DNA of 64,000 nucleotides from Escherichia coli (GTDB lineage Bacteria; Pseudomonadota; Gammaproteobacteria; Enterobacterales; Enterobacteriaceae): NCBI RefSeq assembly GCF_030384885.1, contig NZ_CP128613.1; one strand, 5' to 3'. Shown piece by piece: positions 51,902 to 62,627 of this stretch (position 1 is its first letter; each line of letters starts with the position of its first letter). The notes under the pieces were generated by a model. It saw only the letters and a program-made list of their open reading frames with translations, ran no database searches and was not told where the DNA came from. The position numbers and the translations under genes were made by a program.

Positions 51902-54553
51902 ATGACAGCCTTTCGTGCCGCATTTAAGGCATATCGTATGCATCATGTGTTACTACTGCCTCGCTTTGCACGGCTTACCTTTGCCCTTGGCTTAGCTACA
52001 GCGGTTTTTCCCGTAGAAGCAGAGTATTATTTTAATCCACGGTTTTTAAGCAATGATCTTGCTGAGTCTGTTGATTTATCTGCCTTTGCTAAGGGACGCG
52101 AGGCACCACCTGGTACATATCGGGTCGATATTTATTTGAACGACGAATTTATGACCACTCGGGATGTTACTTTTGTTGCAGATGATAATAACGCAGATCT
52201 CACCCCATGTCTGAGTACAGACCTTCTTGTCAGTCTTGGCATAAAAAAATCAGCGTTATTAGCCAATAAGGACCATTTGGCAGGAAAAAATGTGCCGGAT
52301 AACAACGCATGTACACCACTTCAGGATCGTTTGGCTGATGCATCTACTGAGTTTGATGTTGGTCAGCAACATCTGTCGCTCTCCGTTCCGCAGATTTATG
52401 TCGGCAGAATGGCCCGTGGTTATGTCTCTCCTGACCTGTGGGAAGAAGGAATAAACGCAGGCCTACTGAACTATAGTTTTAATGGTAATTCTATCAACAA
52501 TCGTAGTAACCATAACGCCAGCAAAACCAACTATGCATATCTGAATTTGCAGAGTGGCATCAACATTGGCAGCTGGCGACTACGTGATAACTCAACGTGG
52601 AGTTATAACAGTGGGAGTAACAACCCATCTGACAGCAATAAATGGCAACATATCAATACGTCTGCTGAACGTGACATTATTCCCTTACGCTCACGGTTAA
52701 CGGTGGGTGATAGTTATACCGATGGCGATATTTTTGAAAGTGTGAACTTTCGTGGCCTTAAAATAAACTCAACGGAAGCGATGTTGCCCGATAGCCAACA
52801 TGGTTTTGCTCCGGTGATTCATGGTATAGCCCGTGGCACAGCCCAAGTCAGTGTTAAACAGAACGGATACGATGTTTATCAGACTACGGTCCCTCCCGGC
52901 CCTTTTACTATTGATGATATTAACTCTGCGGCTAATGGCGGTGATCTGCAAGTTACGATAAAAGAGGCAGACGGCAGTATTCAGACTTTATATGTCCCTT
53001 ATTCATCTGTCCCGGTTCTCCAACGTGCTGGTTATACGCGTTATGCACTTGCCTTGGGAGAATATCGTAGTGGAAATAACCTGCAAAGCTCCCCAAAATT
53101 CATTCAGGGCAGCGTAATGCATGGTCTGGAGGGAAACTGGACACCTTATGGCGGGATGCAAATTGCAGAAGATTATCAAGCTTTCAACGTGGGTATTGGT
53201 AAAGATCTTGGCCTTTTAGGTGCCTTTTCTGTCGATATCACGCAAGCCAATACGACACTTGCGGATGATACTCGTCACAGCGGACAATCGGTAAAATCTG
53301 TTTACAGTAAATCTTTCTATCAGACGGGAACGAATATCCAGGTCGCAGGATATCGATATTCTACGCAAGGATTTTATAACTTATCTGACAGTGCATACAG
53401 TCGAATGAGTGGTTACACCGTCAAGCCTCCGACCGTAGACACCAATGAACAGATACAATTTATTGATTATTTTAATCTGTACTATAGTAAGCGTGGTCAG
53501 GAACAAATAAGTATTTCCCAGCAGCTTGGAAATTACGGTACGACCTTTTTCAGTGCCAGTCGCCAAAGTTACTGGAACACGTCACGCAGCGATCAGCAAA
53601 TATCATTCGGGTTAAATGTACCGTTTGGCGATATTACGACTTCGCTGAATTACAGCTATTCCAGTAATATATGGCAAAACGATCGGGATCATTTACTCGC
53701 TTTTACACTTAATGTTCCCTTCAGTCATTGGATGCGTACAGACAGTCAGTCGGCATTTCGTAATTCAAACGCTAGTTATAGCATGTCAAACGATTTGAAA
53801 GGTGGTATGACCAATCTATCTGGGGTTTATGGCACACTGCTGCCGGATAATAACCTGAATTATAGTGTTCAGGTCGGTAATACCCGCGGAGGTAATGCAT
53901 CATCTGGCACCAGTGGTTACAGTTCTCTTAATTATCGAGGGGCTTACGGTAATACTAATGTCGGTTACAGTCGTAATGGCGATAGCAACCAGATTTACTA
54001 CGGAATGAGTGGTGGAATTATTGCTCATGCTGATGGTGTCACCTTTGGACAGCCGATGGGCGACACTATGGTTCTGGTTAAGGCTCCTGGCGCGGAGAAT
54101 GTTAAAATAGAGAACCAGACAGGAATACATACAGACTGGCGTGGCTATGCAATATTACCATTTGCGACAGAATATAGAGAAAATCGTGTCGCTCTTAACG
54201 CTAATTCCCTTGCCGATAATGTTGAACTGGATGAAACCGTTGTCACGGTCATCCCTACTCATGGTGCTATTGCCAGAGCAACATTTAATGCACAAATCGG
54301 CGGTAAAGTATTAATGACTCTGAAATACGGCAATAAACCAGTTCCATTCGGTGCAATTGTGACTCACGGTGACAATAACAATGGCAGCATTGTTGCTGAA
54401 AATGGTCAGGTCTATCTTACAGGACTTCCACAATCAGGAAAATTACAGGTTTCATGGGGCAACAATGCAAACGCTAAATGTGTTGTTAATTACAAGCTTC
54501 CTGAAGTCTCTCCTGGGAACTTACTGAGTCAGCAAACAGCAGTCTGTCGCTAA
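51902..54553 (+). CDS. Fimbrial outer-membrane usher (FimD family), intact
   Basis: 883-aa ORF of full usher length, ending in the Cys-pair C-terminus (...NAKCVVNYKLPEVSPGNLLSQQTAVCR). Occupies the position of the truncated K-12 ydeT. Confidence 0.85.
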   Translation: MTAFRAAFKAYRMHHVLLLPRFARLTFALGLATAVFPVEAEYYFNPRFLSNDLAESVDLSAFAKGREAPPGTYRVDIYLNDEFMTTRDVTFVADDNNADLTPCLSTDLLVSLGIKKSALLANKDHLAGKNVPDNNACTPLQDRLADASTEFDVGQQHLSLSVPQIYVGRMARGYVSPDLWEEGINAGLLNYSFNGNSINNRSNHNASKTNYAYLNLQSGINIGSWRLRDNSTWSYNSGSNNPSDSNKWQHINTSAERDIIPLRSRLTVGDSYTDGDIFESVNFRGLKINSTEAMLPDSQHGFAPVIHGIARGTAQVSVKQNGYDVYQTTVPPGPFTIDDINSAANGGDLQVTIKEADGSIQTLYVPYSSVPVLQRAGYTRYALALGEYRSGNNLQSSPKFIQGSVMHGLEGNWTPYGGMQIAEDYQAFNVGIGKDLGLLGAFSVDITQANTTLADDTRHSGQSVKSVYSKSFYQTGTNIQVAGYRYSTQGFYNLSDSAYSRMSGYTVKPPTVDTNEQIQFIDYFNLYYSKRGQEQISISQQLGNYGTTFFSASRQSYWNTSRSDQQISFGLNVPFGDITTSLNYSYSSNIWQNDRDHLLAFTLNVPFSHWMRTDSQSAFRNSNASYSMSNDLKGGMTNLSGVYGTLLPDNNLNYSVQVGNTRGGNASSGTSGYSSLNYRGAYGNTNVGYSRNGDSNQIYYGMSGGIIAHADGVTFGQPMGDTMVLVKAPGAENVKIENQTGIHTDWRGYAILPFATEYRENRVALNANSLADNVELDETVVTVIPTHGAIARATFNAQIGGKVLMTLKYGNKPVPFGAIVTHGDNNNGSIVAENGQVYLTGLPQSGKLQVSWGNNANAKCVVNYKLPEVSPGNLLSQQTAVCR

Positions 54554-54566
54554 GGAACACTAGGTT

Positions 54567-55097
54567 ATGAAACACAATAGCATTATTTTCCTCGGTTTAT
54601 GTCTGGGGTTAACCACCTATTCTGCTTTATCTGCAGATAGCGTTATTAAAATTAGCGGGCGCGTCCTGGATTATGGCTGCACAGTTTCATCTGATTCGCT
54701 TAATTTTACCGTAGACCTACAAAAACACAGTGCCAGGCAATTCCCAACGACTGGAAGCACAAGTCCAACCGTTCCTTTCCAGATTACGTTAAGTGAATGT
54801 AGCAAAGGGACAACAGGGGTTCGGGTTGCATTTAGCGGGATAGAGGATTTAGAAAATAATACTCTGCTGAAACTGGATGAAGGAAGCAATTCTGCTTCCG
54901 GTTTGGGTATTGAAATTCTGGACGGAAATATGCGCCCAGTAAAATTAAATGACCTTCATACCGGAATGCAGTGGATCCCTCTGACTCCTGATCAGGATAA
55001 TATTTTGCCTTACTCGGCCCGTTTGAAGTCAACACAAAAGTCCGTCAATCCAGGACTGGTTAGCGCTTCGGCAACATTTACCCTTGAATTTCAATAA
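54567..55097 (+). CDS. ydeS: Fimbrial minor subunit
   Basis: 176-aa pilin-like ORF with signal peptide; position and length match K-12 ydeS. Confidence 0.8.
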   Translation: MKHNSIIFLGLCLGLTTYSALSADSVIKISGRVLDYGCTVSSDSLNFTVDLQKHSARQFPTTGSTSPTVPFQITLSECSKGTTGVRVAFSGIEDLENNTLLKLDEGSNSASGLGIEILDGNMRPVKLNDLHTGMQWIPLTPDQDNILPYSARLKSTQKSVNPGLVSASATFTLEFQ

Positions 55098-55109
55098 TCA
55101 GAGTGAGAT

Positions 55110-55613
55110 ATGAATAGAACTTTCCAAAGACTTCTGTTGGCTACGCTCTGTGCGCTATTTTCGGCAACTCTCCAGGCCGCTGATGTCACTATCACTGTTA
55201 ATGGTCGGGTAGTTGCTAAACCCTGCACTATTCAAACCAAAGAAGCTAGCGTTAATCTCGGGGATCTTTATACACGCAATCTGCAACAACCAGGTTCTGC
55301 ATCTGGCTGGCACGATATTACTTTGTCATTAACCGATTGTCCGATTGAAACAAGTGCAGTGACGGCAATCGTAACAGGTTCAACTGACAATACGGGTTAT
55401 TACAAAAATGAAGGTAGTGCCGAAAATATTCAAATAGAGCTGAGGGATGATCAGGAGGCGACGTTAAAAAGTGGCGATAGCAAAACGGTTATTGTTGATG
55501 AGATCACACGTAATGCACAGTTTCCACTTAAGGCAAGAGCTATCACGGTGAATGGAAACGCAAGCCAGGGAACGATCGAGGCGCTAATCAATGTGATCTA
55601 TACATGGCAATAA
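55110..55613 (+). CDS. ydeR: Fimbrial minor subunit
   Basis: 167-aa pilin-like ORF with signal peptide; position and length match K-12 ydeR. Confidence 0.8.
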   Translation: MNRTFQRLLLATLCALFSATLQAADVTITVNGRVVAKPCTIQTKEASVNLGDLYTRNLQQPGSASGWHDITLSLTDCPIETSAVTAIVTGSTDNTGYYKNEGSAENIQIELRDDQEATLKSGDSKTVIVDEITRNAQFPLKARAITVNGNASQGTIEALINVIYTWQ

Positions 55614-55671
55614 CATCGATTCGATTTTATAAGCCTCTTTTTTAAATCAATTTTTAACCTAAGGATTTATC

Positions 55672-56586
55672 ATGGGAAAAAAAATTAGTATAAATGTCCT
55701 GTTCTGTATTTATTTTCTTTTGATGGCAGGTAAAGTCTTCGCCTTCAGTTGTAATGTTGATGGTGGGTCAAGTATTGGCGCAGGTACAACTTCTGTGTAT
55801 GTTAATCTCGATCCTGTCATTCAACCAGGTCAAAATCTGGTTGTAGATTTGTCTCAGCATATAAGTTGCTGGAATGATTACGGCGGCTGGTACGACACAG
55901 ATCATATTAACTTAGTACAAGGCTCAGCTTTCGCAGGCTCCCTACAGTCATATAAAGGATCGCTGTACTGGAATAATGTGACCTACCCCTTTCCGTTGAC
56001 GACAAATACCAACGTGCTGGATATTGGTGATAAGACACCGATGCCCTTACCGTTAAAACTCTATATTACCCCTGTCGGGGCGGCCGGTGGCGTTGTCATA
56101 AACGCGGGAGAAGTTATTGCTCGCATTCATATGTATAAAATTGCAACGTTAGGAAGTGGAAATCCGCGTAACTTTACATGGAATATTATTTCAAATAACA
56201 GTGTTGTTATGCCAACGGGCGGCTGTACCGTTGATAGTCGTAATGTCACAGTGAGTCTCCCGGACTTTCCTGGAAGCGCAGAAATACCCTTGGGCGTATA
56301 TTGCTCAAGTGAGCAAAAGCTCTCATTTTATCTTTCGGGCGCTACCACTGACAGTGCCCGACAAGTGTTTGCTAATACAGCACCTGACGCAACAAAAGCA
56401 TCAGGAGTCGGTGTCTCCCTGATGCGTAATGGAAAAATACTGGCTACGGGAGAAAATGTCTCCCTGGGAACTGTAAATAAAAGCAAAGTACCCCTGGGCT
56501 TAAGTGCAACTTATGGACAGACAGGAAGCAAGGTCGCAGCTGGAGCAGTACAGTCAGTCATTGGCGTTACATTTATCTATGAATAA
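55672..56586 (+). CDS. ydeQ: Fimbrial tip adhesin (FimH-like two-domain adhesin; F9/FmlH-type)
   Basis: 304-aa ORF with signal peptide [24 protein letters not shown], lectin plus pilin domain architecture; position and length match K-12 ydeQ. Confidence 0.8.
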   Translation: MGKKISINVLFCIYFLLMAGKVFAFSCNVDGGSSIGAGTTSVYVNLDPVIQPGQNLVVDLSQHISCWNDYGGWYDTDHINLVQGSAFAGSLQSYKGSLYWNNVTYPFPLTTNTNVLDIGDKTPMPLPLKLYITPVGAAGGVVINAGEVIARIHMYKIATLGSGNPRNFTWNIISNNSVVMPTGGCTVDSRNVTVSLPDFPGSAEIPLGVYCSSEQKLSFYLSGATTDSARQVFANTAPDATKASGVGVSLMRNGKILATGENVSLGTVNKSKVPLGLSATYGQTGSKVAAGAVQSVIGVTFIYE

Positions 56587-56670
56587 TTGTGATGTTGACC
56601 CTGTTATACTTTAGGTTGTGCTTTCCATTCACTAAAATTACGCGGATAATTCTTTCCTGAAAGAAATTAT

Positions 56671-56693
56671 CCTACACCTGTAAGAAAATCCGC
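56671..56693 (+). promoter_or_regulatory. Conserved motif upstream of ydeP (candidate EvgA box)
   Basis: CCTACACCTGTAAGAAAATCCGC, with a near-identical copy upstream of safA (59335-59357). ydeP and safA-ydeO are established EvgA-activated promoters and the motif contains TACA/TGTA half-sites. Confidence 0.5.
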
Positions 56694-56934
56694 GCACAAT
56701 TGAAGTCAGAGTCTTATTTTATATATTGAAAAGTATGTTAACTTAAAGACTATGAGAGATGATGCTTAACTTATCGCATTTATACTATTCTGTTATGTGA
56801 CGATAATGAGTTAAAAATAGAATGAGAGTAGCCCCCTACTCTCATATATCCAAATGGCCGATAAACCCATTATATATACTGCGCATCATCGCTATTACAA
56901 ATCCTAATAATTCATTTCCACACAGGATAAGCTG

Positions 56935-59214
56935 ATGAAGAAAAAAATTGAATCCTACCAGGGAGCTGCCGGTGGTTGGGGGGCTGTCAAATCTGTAGCG
57001 AATGCAGTCCGTAAGCAGATGGATATACGCCAGGAAGTGATTGCCATGTTTGACATGAATAAGCCAGAAGGCTTTGACTGTCCAGGATGTGCATGGCCAG
57101 ATCCTAAGCACAGCGCGTCATTCGACATTTGTGAAAACGGCGCAAAAGCAATCGCCTGGGAAGTCACCGATAAGCAGGTGAATGCCTCTTTTTTCGCTGA
57201 GAATACGGTTCAATCATTACTTACCTGGGGAGATCACGAACTCGAGGCTGCGGGGCGTCTCACTCAACCTTTGAAATATGATGCCGTCAGCGACTGTTAC
57301 CAGCCATTAAGCTGGCAACAAGCTTTCGACGAAATTGGCGCACGTCTTCAAAGTTATAGTGATCCAAATCAGGTTGAATTCTATACTTCGGGCCGCACTT
57401 CCAATGAAGCTGCCTTTCTTTATCAGCTTTTTGCCCGTGAATACGGTACCAATAACTTTCCCGACTGCTCAAACATGTGCCATGAACCGACCAGCGTGGG
57501 TTTGGCAGCGAGTATCGGCGTGGGTAAAGGGACCGTGTTACTGGAAGACTTTGAGAAATGCGATTTAGTAATTTGCATTGGGCATAACCCTGGTACAAAC
57601 CACCCTCGCATGCTGACTTCGTTGCGCGCTTTAGTGAAACGGGGAGCGAAAATGATTGCCATCAATCCTCTGCAGGAGCGTGGCCTGGAGCGATTTACCG
57701 CACCACAGAACCCGTTTGAAATGCTGACGAACTCCGAGACTCAATTGGCTAGTGCTTACTATAATGTGCGCATTGGTGGCGATATGGCGTTGCTAAAGGG
57801 GATGATGCGCCTGTTAATTGAGCGCGATGATGCTGCAAGTGCTGCGGGTCGGCCCTCATTGCTGGATGACGAATTCATTCAAACGCATACCGTCGGCTTT
57901 GACGAGCTACGCCGTGACGTTCTCAATTCCGAGTGGAAAGATATCGAACGTATTTCTGGACTAAGTCAGACACAAATCGCCGAACTTGCTGATGCATATG
58001 CCGCTGCCGAACGAACCATTATCTGTTACGGAATGGGGATCACTCAGCACGAACATGGTACCCAGAACGTACAGCAACTTGTCAATCTGCTGTTGATGAA
58101 AGGTAACATTGGCAAGCCTGGTGCGGGTATCTGCCCACTACGTGGTCACTCTAATGTACAGGGCGACCGAACCGTCGGTATCACCGAGAAACCGTCTGCC
58201 GAGTTTCTGGCTCGCCTGGGTGAGCGCTATGGCTTCACCCCACCTCATGCACCTGGACATGCTGCAATCGCCAGCATGCAAGCAATATGTACGGGGCAAG
58301 CTCGAGCATTGATCTGCATGGGGGGCAACTTTGCACTGGCAATGCCAGATCGGGAAGCGAGCGCTGTACCGTTAACGCAATTAGATCTGGCGGTACACGT
58401 TGCCACAAAGCTTAACCGCTCTCATCTGCTGACCGCACGGCATAGCTATATTCTGCCGGTTCTGGGACGTAGCGAGATTGACATGCAAAAAAGCGGTGCG
58501 CAGGCGGTAACCGTTGAGGATTCAATGTCAATGATTCATGCCTCGCGTGGCGTGTTAAAACCCGCAGGTGTCATGCTGAAATCAGAGTGTGCTGTGGTCG
58601 CGGGAATCGCGCAGGCAGCGCTCCCTCAGAGCGTGGTGGCCTGGGAGCATCTGGTGGAAGATTATGATCGCATTCGCAATGACATTGAAGCTGTGCTGCC
58701 AGAGTTCGCCGACTATAACCAGCGCATCCGCCATCCTGGTGGTTTTCACCTGATAAACGCAGCTGCTGAAAGGCGCTGGCTGACGTCGTCAGGTAAGGCT
58801 AATTTCATTACCAGCAAAGGGCTGTTAGAAGATCCCTCTTCGGCGTTTAACAGTAAGCTGGTCATGGCGACAGTACGCAGTCACGATCAGTACAACACGA
58901 CGATTTATGGTATGGATGATCGCTATCGAGGGGTATTCGGTCAACGAGATGTGGTCTTTATGAGTGCTAAACAAGCTAAAATTTGCCGTGTAAAAAACGG
59001 CGAAAGAGTTAATCTTATTGCGCTTACGCCAGATGGTAAGCGCAGCTCACGCCGCATGGATAGATTAAAAGTGGTCATTTACCCTATGGCTGACCGCTCA
59101 CTGGTGACCTATTTTCCAGAATCGAATCACATGCTAACACTTGATAACCACGATCCATTAAGTGGCATTCCTGGCTATAAAAGTATTCCGGTTGAATTAG
59201 AACCATCAAATTAA
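56935..59214 (+). CDS. ydeP: Molybdopterin oxidoreductase (formate-dehydrogenase-like), acid-resistance protein
   Basis: 759-aa ORF with an N-terminal Cys cluster ([11 protein letters not shown]...C) and molybdopterin-binding regions; length matches K-12 YdeP. Confidence 0.9.
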   Translation: MKKKIESYQGAAGGWGAVKSVANAVRKQMDIRQEVIAMFDMNKPEGFDCPGCAWPDPKHSASFDICENGAKAIAWEVTDKQVNASFFAENTVQSLLTWGDHELEAAGRLTQPLKYDAVSDCYQPLSWQQAFDEIGARLQSYSDPNQVEFYTSGRTSNEAAFLYQLFAREYGTNNFPDCSNMCHEPTSVGLAASIGVGKGTVLLEDFEKCDLVICIGHNPGTNHPRMLTSLRALVKRGAKMIAINPLQERGLERFTAPQNPFEMLTNSETQLASAYYNVRIGGDMALLKGMMRLLIERDDAASAAGRPSLLDDEFIQTHTVGFDELRRDVLNSEWKDIERISGLSQTQIAELADAYAAAERTIICYGMGITQHEHGTQNVQQLVNLLLMKGNIGKPGAGICPLRGHSNVQGDRTVGITEKPSAEFLARLGERYGFTPPHAPGHAAIASMQAICTGQARALICMGGNFALAMPDREASAVPLTQLDLAVHVATKLNRSHLLTARHSYILPVLGRSEIDMQKSGAQAVTVEDSMSMIHASRGVLKPAGVMLKSECAVVAGIAQAALPQSVVAWEHLVEDYDRIRNDIEAVLPEFADYNQRIRHPGGFHLINAAAERRWLTSSGKANFITSKGLLEDPSSAFNSKLVMATVRSHDQYNTTIYGMDDRYRGVFGQRDVVFMSAKQAKICRVKNGERVNLIALTPDGKRSSRRMDRLKVVIYPMADRSLVTYFPESNHMLTLDNHDPLSGIPGYKSIPVELEPSN

Positions 59215-59334
59215 TTCGCCTCCTCATTTCTTCTGCTGTCATCCGCACAGCAGAAGAATTCCTCATTGACCATTGTCGCGCAATTTACTCACATGTGCTA
59301 AATTAAACTGCTCGCTATAAGATATATACCTCTG

Positions 59335-59357
59335 CCTACAGCTGTAAGAAACTCCGC
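59335..59357 (+). promoter_or_regulatory. Conserved motif upstream of safA-ydeO (candidate EvgA box)
   Basis: CCTACAGCTGTAAGAAACTCCGC, paralogous to 56671-56693. Confidence 0.5.
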
Positions 59358-59461
59358 TCAGTACTGAAGCACCAGTCCTATTTCCTCTTTTTTCCAGCCT
59401 GTTATATTAAGCATACTGATTAACGATTTTTAACGTTATCCGCTAAATAAACATATTTGAA

Positions 59462-59659
59462 ATGCATGCGACCACAGTGAAAAACAAAATCACGCAAAGA
59501 GACAACTATAAAGAAATCATGTCTGTAATTGTGGTTGTCTTATTACTGACACTTACGTTGATAGCCATTTTTTCGGCAATTGATCAGCTGGGTATTTCAG
59601 AAATGGGTCGCATTGCAAGAGATCTTACACATTTCATTATCAATAGTTTGCAAGACTGA
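59462..59659 (+). CDS. safA: Two-component connector membrane protein SafA
   Basis: 65-aa ORF MHATTVKNKITQRDNYKEIMSVIVVVLLLTLTLIAIFSAIDQL... matching recalled K-12 SafA with a single TM segment. Confidence 0.9.
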   Translation: MHATTVKNKITQRDNYKEIMSVIVVVLLLTLTLIAIFSAIDQLGISEMGRIARDLTHFIINSLQD

Positions 59660-59733
59660 AAATAAACAGCAAATTATAAATATGAAATGTTAAAAAAGTA
59701 TCGATAAAAACTTTATTGTTTTAAGGAGATAAA

Positions 59734-60495
59734 ATGTCGCTCGTTTGTTCTGTTATATTTATTCATCATGCCTTCAACGCTAACATTTTAGATAAAGATT
59801 ACGCCTTCTCTGATGGTGAAATCCTGATGGTAGATAACGCTGTTCGTACGCATTTTGAACCTTATGAGCGGCATTTCAAAGAAATTGGATTTAATGAAAA
59901 CACCATTAAAAAATATCTACAATGCACTAATATTCAGACAGTGACTATGCCTGTTCCTGCGAAGTTTTTACGTGCTTCAAATGTACCAACTGGATTACTT
60001 AATGAAATGATTGCTTATCTCAACTCTGAAGAACGCAATCATCAGAATTTTTCTGAACTTTTGCTTTTTTCTTGCCTGTCTATTTTTGCTGCATGCAAAG
60101 GTTTCATTACATTATTAACTAACGGTGTGCTATCCGTATCAGGGAAAGTGAGAAACATTGTCAATATGAAGCTGGCACACCCATGGAAACTAAAAGATAT
60201 TTGTGATTGCCTGTATATTAGTGAAAGCCTGCTGAAGAAAAAACTAAAGCAAGAGCAAACGACATTCTCACAAATTCTTTTAGATGCCAGAATGCAACAC
60301 GCAAAAAATTTGATACGCGTAGAAGGTTCAGTCAATAAAATTGCCGAAAAATGTGGTTATGCCAGTACATCTTATTTTATTTATGCTTTCCGCAAACATT
60401 TCGGCAACAGTCCAAAGAGAGTTTCAAAGGAGTACCGTTGTCAAAGGCACACGAATATGAACACGGCCAACACGATGAATGCTTTGGCTAATTGA
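59734..60495 (+). CDS. ydeO: AraC-family acid-resistance regulator
   Basis: 253-aa ORF MSLVCSVIFIHHAFNANILDKDYAFSDGEILMVDNAVRTHFEPYERHF... matching recalled K-12 YdeO; C-terminal AraC HTH. Confidence 0.9.
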   Translation: MSLVCSVIFIHHAFNANILDKDYAFSDGEILMVDNAVRTHFEPYERHFKEIGFNENTIKKYLQCTNIQTVTMPVPAKFLRASNVPTGLLNEMIAYLNSEERNHQNFSELLLFSCLSIFAACKGFITLLTNGVLSVSGKVRNIVNMKLAHPWKLKDICDCLYISESLLKKKLKQEQTTFSQILLDARMQHAKNLIRVEGSVNKIAEKCGYASTSYFIYAFRKHFGNSPKRVSKEYRCQRHTNMNTANTMNALAN

Positions 60496-60893
60496 TTATT
60501 CGCTCACGAATAGTCAACCACACGCTAAGTAAGAATTAAAGGGGCAGCTATTACCTGCCCCAATGTGTCATTACGAATTGTATTTTATGATGAGAATTGG
60601 TGATATACATCACATATTTATGCATCTAAATAATCTGTTTCATGTTTATTTATGATCCCAATGCAATAAATTGCCATCAAAACACATAAATACACTAAAT
60701 ATCAATTAGTTAGATATTTATCATTGAAAAATTACTTAGCTCAACAGAAAGCAATGTCAACGCTTTTTAGACTGTTGTTTCTCTTTTTTTAGCCAGATCT
60801 GCTATCTCTTTATGTGACTCACTTCACTTACATCATCTTATTTCTCTTCGTAAAATTACTTTGGAATTAAGTACAATAAGAAGAGGAACATTT

Positions 60894-62576
60894 ATGAAGT
60901 CTGCATTGAAGAAAAGTGTCGTAAGTACCTCGATATCTTTGATACTGGCATCTGGTATGGCTGCATTTACCGCTCATGCGGCAGATGATGTAAAGCTGAA
61001 AGCAACTAAAACAAACGTTGCTTTCTCAGACTTTACGCCGACTGAATACAGCACTAAAGGAAAGCCAAATATCATCGTACTGACCATGGATGATCTGGGT
61101 TATGGACAACTTCCTTTTGATAAGGGTTCTTTTGACCCAAAAACAATGGAAAATCGTGAAGTTGTCGATACCTACAAAATAGGGATAGATAAAGCCATTG
61201 AAGCTGCACAAAAATCAACGCCAACACTCCTTTCGTTAATGGATGAAGGTGTACGTTTTACTAACGGCTATGTGGCGCACGGGGTTTCCGGTCCCTCCCG
61301 CGCCGCAATAATGACCGGTCGAGCGCCCGCTCGTTTTGGTGTGTACTCCAATACTGATGCTCAGGATGGTATTCCGCTGACAGAAACTTTCTTGCCTGAA
61401 TTATTCCAGAATCATGGTTATTACACTGCAGCAGTAGGTAAATGGCACTTGTCAAAAATCAGTAATGTGCCAGTACCAGAAGATAAACAAACGCGTGACT
61501 ATCATGACAACTTCACCACATTTTCTGCGGAAGAATGGCAACCTCAAAACCGTGGTTTTGATTACTTTATGGGATTCCACGCTGCAGGAACGGCATATTA
61601 TAACTCCCCTTCTCTGTTCAAAAATCGTGAGCGCGTCCCCGCAAAAGGTTATATCAGCGATCAGTTAACCGATGAGGCAATTGGCGTTGTTGATCGTGCT
61701 AAAACACTTGATCAGCCTTTTATGCTTTACCTGGCTTATAATGCTCCGCACCTGCCAAACGACAACCCTGCACCAGAGCAATATCAGAAGCAATTTAATA
61801 CCGGTAGCCAAACAGCAGATAACTACTACGCTTCCGTTTATTCTGTTGATCAGGGCGTAAAACGCATTCTTGAACAACTAAAGAAAAACGGACAGTATGA
61901 CAATACAATAATTCTATTTACCTCCGACAATGGTGCAGTTATCGATGGTCCTCTGCCGCTGAACGGAGCGCAAAAAGGCTATAAGAGCCAGACTTATCCT
62001 GGCGGTACCCATACACCAATGTTTATGTGGTGGAAAGGAAAACTTCAGCCCGGTAATTATGACAAGCTGATTTCCGCAATGGATTTCTACCCGACAGCTC
62101 TTGATGCAGCCGATATCAGCATTCCAAAAGAGCTAAAATTGGATGGTGTTTCATTGCTGCCCTGGTTGCAAGATAAGAAACAAGGTGAGCCACATAAAAA
62201 TCTGACATGGATAACATCTTATTCTCACTGGTTTGATGAGGAAAATATTCCATTCTGGGATAATTACCACAAATTTGTCCGCCATCAGTCAGACGATTAC
62301 CCGCATAACCCCAACACCGAGGACTTAAGCCAATTCTCTTATACGGTGAGAAATAACGATTATTCGCTTGTCTATACAGTAGAAAATAATCAGTTAGGTC
62401 TATACAAACTGACGGATCTACAGCAAAAAGATAACCTTGCCGCCGCCAATCCGCAGGTCGTTAAAGAGATGCAAGGCGTGGTAAGAGAGTTTATCGACAA
62501 CAGCCAGCCACCGCTTAGCGAGGTAAATCAGGAGAAGTTTAACAATATCAAGAAAGCACTAAGCGAAGCGAAATAA
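60894..62576 (+). CDS. ydeN: Putative sulfatase (periplasmic)
   Basis: Track ORF 60861-62576 (TTG) trimmed to ATG 60894 with RBS AAGAGGA, giving the 560-aa K-12 length; signal peptide; sulfatase motif SGPSRAAIMTGR (C/S-x-P-x-R with Ser at the modified position). Confidence 0.85.
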   Translation: MKSALKKSVVSTSISLILASGMAAFTAHAADDVKLKATKTNVAFSDFTPTEYSTKGKPNIIVLTMDDLGYGQLPFDKGSFDPKTMENREVVDTYKIGIDKAIEAAQKSTPTLLSLMDEGVRFTNGYVAHGVSGPSRAAIMTGRAPARFGVYSNTDAQDGIPLTETFLPELFQNHGYYTAAVGKWHLSKISNVPVPEDKQTRDYHDNFTTFSAEEWQPQNRGFDYFMGFHAAGTAYYNSPSLFKNRERVPAKGYISDQLTDEAIGVVDRAKTLDQPFMLYLAYNAPHLPNDNPAPEQYQKQFNTGSQTADNYYASVYSVDQGVKRILEQLKKNGQYDNTIILFTSDNGAVIDGPLPLNGAQKGYKSQTYPGGTHTPMFMWWKGKLQPGNYDKLISAMDFYPTALDAADISIPKELKLDGVSLLPWLQDKKQGEPHKNLTWITSYSHWFDEENIPFWDNYHKFVRHQSDDYPHNPNTEDLSQFSYTVRNNDYSLVYTVENNQLGLYKLTDLQQKDNLAAANPQVVKEMQGVVREFIDNSQPPLSEVNQEKFNNIKKALSEAK

Positions 62577-62589
62577 CTAAACCTTCATG

Positions 62590-62609
62590 CGGCGGATTTT
62601 TCCGCCGCC
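62590..62609 (+). terminator. Stem-loop between ydeN and ydeM
   Basis: GCGGCGGA-TTTT-TCCGCCGC perfect hairpin just after the ydeN stop, followed by CTTATTG; ydeM starts 19 bp downstream. Confidence 0.45.
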
Positions 62610-62627
62610 TTATTGAGCGAGATAGCG

